Part shown: positions 18,719 through 26,771 of the stretch, in pieces
Layout of the letters: every line of letters starts with the position of its first letter
Numbering within the stretch: the first letter of the stretch is position 1
Assembly: GCA_964646415.1 (NCBI GenBank)
Contig: CAZYEL010000002.1
Location: 8,538-72,537 of the forward strand
DNA length: 64,000 bases
Direction of reading: 5' to 3'
Source of the DNA: an uncultured Candidatus Saccharibacteria bacterium
GTDB taxonomy: Bacteria; Patescibacteriota; Minisyncoccia; UBA6257; 2-01-FULL-56-20
The notes under the pieces: generated by a model
Databases searched by the model: none
What the model was told of the DNA's origin: nothing
The model's input: the letters and a program-made list of their open reading frames with translations, nothing else
Made by a program: the position numbers and the translations under genes

Positions 18719-20836
18719 CTAAGTCTTTTCTGTGGATAGACTTTTCATATTCTTTGCGAGAACCTTGATTTCATCCCGCAAAATCGCGGCAAGCTCGAAA
18801 TTCAGTCCTTTCGCGGCTTCCCGCATCTCCCGCTCCTTCTCCCGCATAAGTTTTTCCATGGCGGTTTTGGATTTGGGGATGGGTTTGAGCTCAAGCTTCA
18901 ATACCTCTTCGGGCAAAATACTCGCGATTTTTCGGACAATCGTCTTCGGTGTAATGCCATGCTTTTCGTTATAAGCGATCTGGAGCTTCCGGCGCCGTTC
19001 GGTCTCCGACATCGCGCGCCTGATCGAACCCGTGATGTGATCCGCATACATGAGCACTTCCCCGCGCACGTTCCGCGCGGCCCGCCCGATGGTCTGGATG
19101 AGCGAGGTCTCACTCCGCAAAAATCCTTCCTTGTCCGCATCGAGAATCGCGACAAGCGAGACCTCCGGCAAATCAAGCCCCTCACGCAGGAGATTTACGC
19201 CCACGAGTACGTCGAACCCTCCTTTCACTTCTGAACCTTTCCGGAGATTCGTGAGAATCCGGATGCGGTCGAGCGTTTTTACATCAGAGTGCAAATATGC
19301 AACTTGTATCCCCTTGTCGCTTTTCGCTTGTCGCTTGTTACTAAGGTACTCCGCAAGGTCCTCCGCCATCTTTTTGGTAAGCGTCGTCACAAGTACCCGC
19401 TCTTTTGCCGCAATGCGCTCTTCAATGCGCGGGATCAAGTCGTCCACCTGCCCGCGCGCGGGGCGAATGGTGATTTTGGGGTCGATAAGCCCCGTTGGTC
19501 GTATTATCTGTTCTACGACCAACCCTGAGCCCGTCGAAGGGTCGGACTTCTTCAACTCATACAGCCCCGGAGTCGCAGAAGTGTATATCACCTGCCCCAC
19601 GCGCTTTTCGAACTCCGCGAACTTCAACGGCCGGTTATCCGCTGCGGAGGGAAGACGGAACCCGTATTCGATGAGCGTTCTCTTCCGCGATGCGTCGCCA
19701 TGATACATCCCCTGAATCTGCGGCACGGTGATGTGGGACTCGTCAATGATAGTCAGGAAATCGGGCGTTCCCAAGGTTCGACCTTGAGAATCCCCTAAAG
19801 GTCGAACCTTTGATGCACTTCGAGGAAAGTAGTCGAGGAGCGTATCCGGCGGCTCCCCTGCCGCGCGCCCGGAAAGATGCCGCGAGTAATTCTCGATGCC
19901 GTGGCAATAACCGATCTCGCGAATCATCGCGACGTCGAACTTCGTCCTGCGCTCGAGCCGTTCCGCCTCGAGAAACTTTTTGTTGTCCTCAAAATATTTG
20001 AGTTGCGCCTTGAGCTCCTCCTGAATCGCGCCGATTGCACGCTCACGGGCGTCCTTTTCGGTAATAAAGTGCTTTGCGGGCGGAATAATCACTTCCTCAA
20101 GCGGCGGAGTCTTCCCGTGCCGGAAACCCACGACGGGGTCGACTTCATAAATTGCGGCGATGGTGCCGCTCCGGACTTCCATGTTGTAAATCACCTCTCG
20201 GTCGGGCGGCATTATTTCCCAGTTTTCCCCGCGGAGACGGAACGTGCCGCGTTTCAAGTCGGAATTCGTGCGCGTAAACTGGAGCTCGATAAGTTTCCGC
20301 GCAAATTCTTTCCGTTCCATCCTATCCCCCACCTTGAACCGAAAAATATTCGCGGCATAGGTTTCGGGGGCGCCTAAGCCATAAATGCAGGAAACGGATG
20401 CCACCACAATCACGTCCCTGCGCGTGAGAAGCGCCGTTGTCGCCGCGTGGCGCAGCTTATCAATCTCGTCGTTGATGAGCGCTTCCTTGTCGATATAGGT
20501 GTCGGACGACGGAATATACGCCTCCGGCTGGTAATAATCGTAGTAGGATACGAAATAATTCACCGAATTCTTCGGGAACAGTTCCCTGAATTCATTCGTA
20601 AGTTGCGCCGCGAGCGTCTTGTTGTGCGCAATCACGAGCGTAGGCCTCTGCACCGCCGCAATCACGTTTGCCACAGTAAATGTTTTTCCGCTCCCCGTGA
20701 CACCCAAAAGCGTCTGGTGGCGATATCCTTTCTCCAAACCAGAAACAAGCTTCTCGATAGCTTGTGGCTGGTCACCAGCAGGCTTTAAATCTTTTGCGAG
20801 TTCGAATCCTGCCATAGCAGAAAAACTATACAGCAA
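18719..20836 (-). CDS. uvrB: Excinuclease ABC subunit B
   Basis: The helicase motifs (GVTGSGKT, DESH) and the UvrB beta-hairpin region are present. It also carries an unusual 19-aa in-frame insertion (see the repeat feature at 19766..19822). Confidence 0.95.
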   Translation of the reverse strand: MLYSFSAMAGFELAKDLKPAGDQPQAIEKLVSGLEKGYRHQTLLGVTGSGKTFTVANVIAAVQRPTLVIAHNKTLAAQLTNEFRELFPKNSVNYFVSYYDYYQPEAYIPSSDTYIDKEALINDEIDKLRHAATTALLTRRDVIVVASVSCIYGLGAPETYAANIFRFKVGDRMERKEFARKLIELQFTRTNSDLKRGTFRLRGENWEIMPPDREVIYNMEVRSGTIAAIYEVDPVVGFRHGKTPPLEEVIIPPAKHFITEKDARERAIGAIQEELKAQLKYFEDNKKFLEAERLERRTKFDVAMIREIGYCHGIENYSRHLSGRAAGEPPDTLLDYFPRSASKVRPLGDSQGRTLGTPDFLTIIDESHITVPQIQGMYHGDASRKRTLIEYGFRLPSAADNRPLKFAEFEKRVGQVIYTSATPGLYELKKSDPSTGSGLVVEQIIRPTGLIDPKITIRPARGQVDDLIPRIEERIAAKERVLVTTLTKKMAEDLAEYLSNKRQAKSDKGIQVAYLHSDVKTLDRIRILTNLRKGSEVKGGFDVLVGVNLLREGLDLPEVSLVAILDADKEGFLRSETSLIQTIGRAARNVRGEVLMYADHITGSIRRAMSETERRRKLQIAYNEKHGITPKTIVRKIASILPEEVLKLELKPIPKSKTAMEKLMREKEREMREAAKGLNFELAAILRDEIKVLAKNMKSLSTEKT
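19766..19822 (-). repeat. In-frame 57-nt palindromic insertion inside uvrB, encoding RSASKVRPLGDSQGRTLGT
   Basis: It lies between the conserved DYFP and PDFLTIIDESH segments. The DNA holds inverted copies of aaggttcgacctt and aaggtcgaacctt (19771..19812). Confidence 0.6.
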
Positions 20837-20857
20837 AAAATTAATTCTTGCCTCATT

Positions 20858-20881
20858 CTACCATTCGAGCGAATGGTTCTT
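20858..20881. promoter_or_regulatory. Palindromic motif tctaccattcgagcgaatggttct upstream of uvrB
   Basis: It is near-identical to ctctacctttcgagcgaaaggttct upstream of the ArsR-family gene, and related to the 40-bp palindrome at 41075..41114. Confidence 0.55.
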
Positions 20882-20904
20882 TAGGGAAAAGAGAGATTTT
20901 AGTC

Positions 20905-20949
20905 AATAAAAACGAAATTGCCCGAGCGGGATTTCCCCCGCCCGGGCAA
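20905..20949 (-). terminator. Rho-independent terminator downstream of the AT-rich cassette
   Basis: The minus strand reads gcccgggcggg-ggaaatc-ccgctcgggc followed by aatttcgtttttatt. Confidence 0.65.
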
Positions 20950-20975
20950 CTATAATAACCTATGGTCTATTTTGG

Positions 20976-21383
20976 TTATTTTAAACACTTTGGAAGGCCA
21001 TTAAACCGAACGCAATCTTTAAATGTTTCCCACATAGAATCAACCTCATTTTTAGTATATATATTTTTCTGTACTTCTATCGTTTTATCCATAAACTTTT
21101 CATAAAATTCTTGATACCTCACGTAATTATTATTAATGTAATCGATTGCTACGACAACAAAGGCTATTGCCACCGCAACGGTCACTCCCACTATAAGGTT
21201 ATGGATGACTTTTATTCCTTCTCTTGTTTTTTCTATCTCAGAATCCAAAACGGAAACCTTTTTACCTAAAGTAGTTATGAGCGCATCCACCTCCGTACTT
21301 CCACTTCCCGCTTGACTTCCTGTCGCTGCTGCCCTACTTTCTGTCCCGGCTCCTGCGGCTGTCTCAGTTTGGATCTCGGGCAT
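20976..21383 (-). CDS. Hypothetical single-pass membrane protein (AT-rich cassette, gene 3)
   Basis: A low-complexity Ala/Gly/Ser/Thr N-terminus, one transmembrane helix (IVGVTVAVAIAFVVVAI), and no recognisable domain. Local GC is clearly lower than in the flanks. Confidence 0.45.
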   Translation of the reverse strand: MPEIQTETAAGAGTESRAAATGSQAGSGSTEVDALITTLGKKVSVLDSEIEKTREGIKVIHNLIVGVTVAVAIAFVVVAIDYINNNYVRYQEFYEKFMDKTIEVQKNIYTKNEVDSMWETFKDCVRFNGLPKCLK

Positions 21384-21387
21384 ATTA

Positions 21388-21768
21388 TCAATCTACTGTA
21401 ATAATGTCGTTTCTATCGAAGCTCACTACTTGATCGTTAATTTTAAAAATAATTCTATAGATGCCTTTTTCTGGAAAACGAGCCCCAATGAGGTTAATCA
21501 CTAGATTTGCATTGGGCTTGTTTTCGAGATTGACAAGTTTCATTTCCGAAGAAACAATTTTATTACCACTGGGCGATATAATTTCGATTGTTTTCTTTTT
21601 ATCAAAAATCACACCCGTCACGTTAATTGCAATTGAAAACCTCGGATGAAAAGCTGGAAGACCATCCGTTTTAATCAGATCAAATATACCTATAACACTT
21701 AATTTTTTTTCTTCCGAAAAAAAGGCGTTCTCGCATACATGCAGAAAATTTATCTTAAAATCATTCAT
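21388..21768 (-). CDS. Hypothetical small protein (AT-rich cassette, gene 2)
   Basis: 126 aa with beta-rich composition and no recognisable motif. It lies 20 nt downstream of the protease gene and 4 nt upstream of gene 3, which suggests translational coupling. Confidence 0.4.
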   Translation of the reverse strand: MNDFKINFLHVCENAFFSEEKKLSVIGIFDLIKTDGLPAFHPRFSIAINVTGVIFDKKKTIEIISPSGNKIVSSEMKLVNLENKPNANLVINLIGARFPEKGIYRIIFKINDQVVSFDRNDIITVD

Positions 21769-21788
21769 TGTTTTTTACAGAATATTAC

Positions 21789-22814
21789 TCACTTCCACCC
21801 CTGCTCCATAATTCTCCATCCGACCTGTTCTTGCGGGACTTGAATCGGCCCCTGCGGGGTCTGCTGCACCATATTCACTTGCTGTTTGCGGTATTCGATG
21901 GAAAGCTCAAAGTGGCGTGATTCCTGCCAACTTTCGATAAACGCAATCTTATATTGCTTTCGATTTTGCATAGCATTTATACCCAACTCGTTTTCCGGGT
22001 TCCAGAGCGTTTCAAGGTCCATATCTTTCCTGTACTCCTCAAACAGCTCCGTCATCGCCTTCGCAAGAAGGTTATCCGCGTACGCAACCGACTTCAAACC
22101 CAAGTCCTCCTTCGCCTCCTTTCGCCCGATGAAATACTGGTGCGAGTAAAGTTTTTCGGTGAAGTAATCAACAATCTTTTCCACTTCATCATCCTTCATT
22201 GGCGCTTTATGACTCTTCAGCAACCGCTTCGCGAGGATGCGGATGAGGTTATGAATACGGTTTACGTTCCCGAGCGCCAAAGGATGAATCTGCGGATTCG
22301 ACTCCACGAATTTCGAGAAGATACGCGAAAGCTCTTCGTCGTTCTTGATACCGAACTTATTTTTCGCCAAATCGAAATATGCCATCACGTCCTCGACGGA
22401 AATCGGGATTCTGTTCTGCGGGTTCTGGGGGTCTTGCGGGTTGAAAACATTCGCCGTTGAGGGGTCGATCGGCGAGATTTCTGAAAGGTCGCTCATCGCA
22501 ATTTCATCCGCGCCGAGAGCAATCATCGTCGCCGCACTGTGCGCCTTATACGGCACGAGTACGGAAAACTTATCACAATACTCCCGAATCATGGACACAA
22601 TCCTCCACGGCACCATTGTGTCGCCTCCGGCACTATAGAGAAACAGGTCGATATTCTGGGTTTTCCCGATTGCGCGGAGTTGCTTGCTCACCACGGGAAT
22701 CACGTCCATCGCAATCCGCGCGTTCACCGGTCCTGTCCGGTCGCTTGTGACATAGGTAATTACCCGCGAATTCCGTAGTCCTTGTATCTGATGTATGAGT
22801 TGTTTCTTATCCAT
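21789..22814 (-). CDS. SDH-family (ClpP-fold) serine protease (AT-rich cassette, gene 1)
   Basis: The core IDLFLYSAGGDTMVPWRIVSMIREYCDKFSVLVPYKAHSAATMIALGADEIAMSDLSEISPIDP matches the serine dehydrogenase proteinase (ClpP-class) core (...HTPGG...AMSGGT.IALAADEI...PVDP). About 170 extra C-terminal residues follow. Confidence 0.7.
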   Translation of the reverse strand: MDKKQLIHQIQGLRNSRVITYVTSDRTGPVNARIAMDVIPVVSKQLRAIGKTQNIDLFLYSAGGDTMVPWRIVSMIREYCDKFSVLVPYKAHSAATMIALGADEIAMSDLSEISPIDPSTANVFNPQDPQNPQNRIPISVEDVMAYFDLAKNKFGIKNDEELSRIFSKFVESNPQIHPLALGNVNRIHNLIRILAKRLLKSHKAPMKDDEVEKIVDYFTEKLYSHQYFIGRKEAKEDLGLKSVAYADNLLAKAMTELFEEYRKDMDLETLWNPENELGINAMQNRKQYKIAFIESWQESRHFELSIEYRKQQVNMVQQTPQGPIQVPQEQVGWRIMEQGWK

Positions 22815-22858
22815 CGCAATAAGGCAATTATACTCCAGTCATCCCAACTTTCCAACAG

Positions 22859-22904
22859 TTTCGTACTATTCGCTTATTCGTACGAATAAGCGAATAGTAC
22901 GAAA
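22859..22904. promoter_or_regulatory. 46-bp perfect palindrome tttcgtactattcgcttattcgta|cgaataagcgaatagtacgaaa at the 5' end of the AT-rich cassette
   Basis: Read directly from the sequence. It is centred on GTAC. It lies 45 nt upstream of the protease start and 44 nt downstream of the MazG-like stop. Confidence 0.75.
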
Positions 22905-22947
22905 GAATGACCACCCAACAGCCAGAAATCCGTATATGCGATTCTTC

Positions 22948-23325
22948 CTACCGCGTATCCCCGTCGCCGTGGAGCGTCCCGCGCTCCTTACGCGAGAAAA
23001 GCTTTTCGATGTTCCCCTTCGCAACTTCTTCGAGCGAGAGCCCAAGCTCGGTTGCAACCTGCGCCACGTACCACAACACATCGCCAAGTTCCCCGCGAAG
23101 CGCCGCCTTTCGCTCATCGCTCATAACCCCACCGTCATCCCGAAACGCTTTCTTCACTTTTTCCGCAACCTCCCCCACCTCCCCGGCAAGTCCCAAAACC
23201 GGATACACCAAATTACTGCCGCTATTCGGATAAATCGCCGTCTTGCGGGATTCCTTTTGGTATTCTTCGAATGTCATCGCCGTGAATTTATTTTTTATGG
23301 CAACCCTGCCTTCGACAAAGGGCAA
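22948..23325 (-). CDS. MazG-like nucleotide pyrophosphohydrolase (all-alpha NTP-PPase)
   Basis: The motif EVGEVAEKVKK...ELGDVLWYV is typical of small MazG-domain proteins. Confidence 0.7.
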   Translation of the reverse strand: MPFVEGRVAIKNKFTAMTFEEYQKESRKTAIYPNSGSNLVYPVLGLAGEVGEVAEKVKKAFRDDGGVMSDERKAALRGELGDVLWYVAQVATELGLSLEEVAKGNIEKLFSRKERGTLHGDGDTR

Positions 23326-23410
23326 AGTTCATGCTTGTGCGGTCTCGCGAACCCCCGTAAAGTCCCGCCCCTCGCGGAACCACGGGGCGCCATCCTAGCG
23401 CAAAGTCTTT

Positions 23411-24061
23411 TTAATTTGGAAGTTTGGCTAATGGACATAGTTCGTGCCGATGAGGGCGAGCTGGGCAATATTTTCTTCCATAATCAATCAGTAAATATGT
23501 CGCCCTGAACCAGTCCTTCTTCGGGATGATTACCATCAAGTCCCGCTCGATTTTCTCCGGCGTCTTTTCGCGGCTCAACCCCAGCACTCTCGACAAGCGC
23601 TTCACGTGCGTATCGACGGCAATCCCCTCCACGACGCCATACGCGTTCCCAAGGATTACGTTCGCGCTTTTCCGCCCAACGCCGGGAATCGTGAGCATCT
23701 CCTCCATCGTGCGGGGTAGTTTTCCGTCAAACCGCTCCTTCACTGCCTTCGCCGCCGCAAGGATATTCCGCGTTTTCGCCCGGAAGAAGCCACATTGGTG
23801 GATATCCTTCTCAAACTCCCGCGGATTGGCTTCCGCATAGTCCTTGAGTTTGAGATACTTCTTAAAGAGCGCGGGCGTCACCTCGTTCACCTTCTTATCG
23901 GTACACTGTGCGGAAAGCTGGACCGCCACAAGCAATTCCCAGTTGTTTCCATACTTTAAAGCGATTTTCGGGTCCGGAAAGAGCTTCTGAAGCGTATGAA
24001 AAACCTTCGCCGCCCGCTTCTTAAGTTTTGAGAAATCTTTTTCGATTGCCATAGGCACCAT
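23411..24061 (-). CDS. nth: Endonuclease III
   Basis: The HhH-GPD motif (IPGVGRKSANVIL), the catalytic Lys/Asp spacing and a C-terminal Cys cluster. Confidence 0.9.
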   Translation of the reverse strand: MVPMAIEKDFSKLKKRAAKVFHTLQKLFPDPKIALKYGNNWELLVAVQLSAQCTDKKVNEVTPALFKKYLKLKDYAEANPREFEKDIHQCGFFRAKTRNILAAAKAVKERFDGKLPRTMEEMLTIPGVGRKSANVILGNAYGVVEGIAVDTHVKRLSRVLGLSREKTPEKIERDLMVIIPKKDWFRATYLLIDYGRKYCPARPHRHELCPLAKLPN

Positions 24062-24133
24062 TATACCCCGCGCGGGAAATTTTCCGGGATTTTTTCCCGC
24101 CCAATCCTTGGGAGGATCATAATTTCACGATAT

Positions 24134-24162
24134 TTGACAATCCTCGTCAAACCTGCTATCAT
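24134..24162 (+). promoter_or_regulatory. Sigma70-type promoter TTGACA-17-TATCAT for the 3D-domain gene
   Basis: TTGACA at 24134..24139 and TATCAT at 24157..24162, with a 17-nt spacer. A small GC hairpin followed by a U-tract (24182..24204) sits in the leader, before an AAGGA Shine-Dalgarno sequence. Confidence 0.6.
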
Positions 24163-24223
24163 ATCCCCTAACAATTGAATACCCCTTCAAAGGGGGGTTT
24201 TTATTTAAGCGGCGCAAGGAATC

Positions 24224-24667
24224 ATGACTAAAACACTTATTCTTACCCTTATAACGGGTTCGCTCATACTCTACCCTTCCGCAACAGGGATTACTATGGC
24301 GGACGAGAAAATTGCCGGCATTCCCGCCGAAGCAACGCTTCTTCAGAGTGCGCCGCGGGCCCATATTGCGAAGCAAGCATCCATGGTTACCGTCTGGATT
24401 ACCGCATATTCAAGCACGCCCGAGGAAACGGACGACACGCCCTTCATCACTGCAAAAGGCACGCTGGTGCGCGATGGCATCATTGCCGCGAACTTCCTTC
24501 CCTTTGGGACCAAAGTCAAGATTCCTTCGCTTTTTGGGGATAAGATTTTTGTGGTGGAAGACCGCATGCACCGCCGGAAAACGAACAACGTGGACATATG
24601 GATGCCTACGAAGATGGACGCGCTCCGGTTTGGCGCGCATAAAGTGCAGATTGCGGTGTTGAATTAA
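24224..24667 (+). CDS. Secreted 3D-domain (RlpA/MltA-like double-psi beta-barrel) protein
   Basis: A signal peptide, then the 3D domain motifs (ITAYSSTPEETDDTPFITA...GTLVRDGIIAAN...GTKVKIP). Confidence 0.7.
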   Translation: MTKTLILTLITGSLILYPSATGITMADEKIAGIPAEATLLQSAPRAHIAKQASMVTVWITAYSSTPEETDDTPFITAKGTLVRDGIIAANFLPFGTKVKIPSLFGDKIFVVEDRMHRRKTNNVDIWMPTKMDALRFGAHKVQIAVLN

Positions 24668-24700
24668 CAGGGCAAACTAATAACTTATAACCAATAACTG

Positions 24701-24730
24701 GACCCCGCGAAAGCGGGATTTTTATTTATT
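24701..24730 (+). terminator. Rho-independent terminator
   Basis: The hairpin ccccgc-gaaa-gcggg followed by atttttatttatt. Confidence 0.6.
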
Positions 24731-24756
24731 GATAATCTACAGGTAAAATAGAAGCT

Positions 24757-25326
24757 ATGAGAAAAGTACTCAAAAAAAGTTTCTTCAATCGCCCGACGCT
24801 CAGCGTGGCGAAAGAGCTTCTCGGGAAGTTTCTTGTGCGGCGGATGAGCACAAAAACAGTCGCAGTGATGCTCACCGAAGTTGAGGCGTACGACGGACCA
24901 GAAGACAAAGCGTCACACGCTTCGCGAGGCATCACTCCCCGCACCAAAATCATGTTTGGTAGGGCGGGGCGTTTCTACGTCTATCTCACCTACGGCATGC
25001 ACTGGATGCTGAATGTTGTGACAGGCGCGAAAGGATATCCGGCTGCAATTCTTATCCGAGCGGGAGTCGCTTATCACTTACCGCTTACCGCCTCCAAACT
25101 CATCAGTGGTCCGGCGCGGCTTACGAAATATCTCCGCATCGGGAAAAGTTTCAACGGGAAACCAGCAACGAGAAAAACCGGGCTCTGGTTTGAAAACAGA
25201 GGAATAAAAATCAGTGCGAAAGACATTGTTGCAGGCAAACGAATCGGCGTGGAATACGCCGGTGCATGGGCGAAGAAACCCTACAACTTCAAATTGCGCC
25301 TTCCCGCTTCAAAATCGCGCGCTTGA
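24757..25326 (+). CDS. mpg: DNA-3-methyladenine glycosylase (Mpg/AAG family)
   Basis: The segment EVEAYDGPEDKASHASRGITPRTKIMFGRAGRFYVYLTYGMHWMLNVV matches the AAG-family core. Confidence 0.85.
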   Translation: MRKVLKKSFFNRPTLSVAKELLGKFLVRRMSTKTVAVMLTEVEAYDGPEDKASHASRGITPRTKIMFGRAGRFYVYLTYGMHWMLNVVTGAKGYPAAILIRAGVAYHLPLTASKLISGPARLTKYLRIGKSFNGKPATRKTGLWFENRGIKISAKDIVAGKRIGVEYAGAWAKKPYNFKLRLPASKSRA

Positions 25327-25537
25327 GCTTCACTCCGCGGTTATAGCCGCCAATCTCTCCGTCGGAACGAACCACACGATGGCAAGGAATCTTCGGGTCA
25401 AAATTCTTAGCCAAAATATTTCCCACCGCACGTGAAGCATCGGGATTCCCTGCGCGGCGTGCGACTTCCTTGTACGTCAACGCCTTCCCGCAAGGAATTT
25501 TTGAAACCACTGCGTACACCCGCTCTTGGAAAGTCAT
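25289..25537 (-). CDS. ogt: Methylated-DNA-protein-cysteine methyltransferase, DNA-binding domain only
   Basis: The active-site PCHRV motif and the helix-turn-helix YKEVARRAGNPDASRAVG. It is short (82 aa) and lacks the N-terminal domain. Confidence 0.8.
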   Translation of the reverse strand: MTFQERVYAVVSKIPCGKALTYKEVARRAGNPDASRAVGNILAKNFDPKIPCHRVVRSDGEIGGYNRGVKLKRAILKREGAI

Positions 25538-25950
25538 GCGAGTAAATTCAAGCCCGTCTCTGCGTCCGGCATGCGCTCAAGCTTTCCGGAAAACGCCTCA
25601 AGGCGCACTTCGCATGTTCCGGAAACGACAATTTCCTTCACGTGCCCCGCCTTGGCAGCACAATCCTTTCCTGAAAACACCCCATGCACATGCACTGCAT
25701 ATTCCCCCTTGCAAATGCCGATATTACCGGTGAGCGATGCAATCTCCACCTCCCTCATTATCGTCTCAAGATATTGCCTTGCCTCGAAATCATAGTACGC
25801 AAGCGTAACTCTTAAAGCGGCACCCAGCCCTTGGAATGTGCCCGCGCGGATGTGCGAATCTCGTGCGAAGGATATGATCCCCGTAAGCAACTCTTCCCCC
25901 TTGTCGAACCGAAGTATGGATACAGAACCTTCCCTTAGAATTTCTTTCAT
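25534..25950 (-). CDS. PPC (DUF296) domain protein
   Basis: The segments GEYAVHVHGVFSG...GHV...GTCEV are typical of the PPC/DUF296 fold. Confidence 0.6.
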   Translation of the reverse strand: MKEILREGSVSILRFDKGEELLTGIISFARDSHIRAGTFQGLGAALRVTLAYYDFEARQYLETIMREVEIASLTGNIGICKGEYAVHVHGVFSGKDCAAKAGHVKEIVVSGTCEVRLEAFSGKLERMPDAETGLNLLA

Positions 25951-26768
25951 TCCACTATCATAACTTCCCCGCCCTTGCGCCGCAAAAAGCCTTCCCGCTC
26001 AAGCGCACGGAATACTTTATCCATACGCTCGCCGGATTCACCGGTGAATGCCACAAACGACAAAACCGCCACGCGGGATTTCTCCGCAAGGAGCCGTACC
26101 ACGCGCCCGCGAAGCTCCCGGTCAGAACCTCTGAACGGCGATTGACGGCGATATTCCGCGCTTCTTCGGTTGGGATTCAAGACGCTTTTCCCCAGCATGG
26201 AGCCGTAATCCATGAGCGCCCAATACCACTCACGCGGCTTCTTTCTATCAAGCGCTTCTGCCGCGATTGCTACTACCTCTTCTTCCGGAACATTGCGTCG
26301 CCGCGGGAAAAAGTGGTGGAGAATCGCGCGCCGTATGTTTGTCTCGATAAACGTCGCAGGCGCATTGAAAGCGAAAGCGGCGATAGAGCCGGCCGTTGCC
26401 GGGCCCACGCCGGGAAGCGTTTCAAGCGCCTCGGGCGTGCACGGTAATTTACCGCAATACTCTTCCATGACAATTTTTGAAACCCGATGGAGTGCGAGCG
26501 CGCGGCGATTATATCCCAATCCCTGCCACACCCGGAGTACGCTCGCGGGAGAAGCGTTTGCAAGCGCGCGGAAATTCGGGAATGCTTTGAGAAACTCCCC
26601 GTACTTTCCCCGCACGCGTTCCACCTGCGTCTGCTGGAGCATTATTTCCGATACCGCGATTGCGTAGGGATTCCGTGTGCGTCGCCACGGAAAGTCTCTG
26701 CCGTGCGCGCGATAATAATTCCGCACGATGCGGCGAAATTGTGCGACTTGCTCTTCGCTCTTTGCCAT
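25947..26768 (-). CDS. MutY-like HhH-GPD adenine glycosylase, without a recognisable Fe-S cluster or NUDIX domain
   Basis: The N-terminus YYRAHGRDFPWR, the QQTQVERV motif and the HhH-GPD motif LPGVGPATAGSIAAFAF. Confidence 0.75.
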   Translation of the reverse strand: MAKSEEQVAQFRRIVRNYYRAHGRDFPWRRTRNPYAIAVSEIMLQQTQVERVRGKYGEFLKAFPNFRALANASPASVLRVWQGLGYNRRALALHRVSKIVMEEYCGKLPCTPEALETLPGVGPATAGSIAAFAFNAPATFIETNIRRAILHHFFPRRRNVPEEEVVAIAAEALDRKKPREWYWALMDYGSMLGKSVLNPNRRSAEYRRQSPFRGSDRELRGRVVRLLAEKSRVAVLSFVAFTGESGERMDKVFRALEREGFLRRKGGEVMIVE

Positions 26769-26771
26769 GCG

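Noticed and set aside
24668-24756. A promoter call for mpg from a TTGATA hexamer
   Set aside because: The spacing to the nearest -10-like hexamer (taaaat) is only about 9 nt, so it is not a credible sigma70 promoter.
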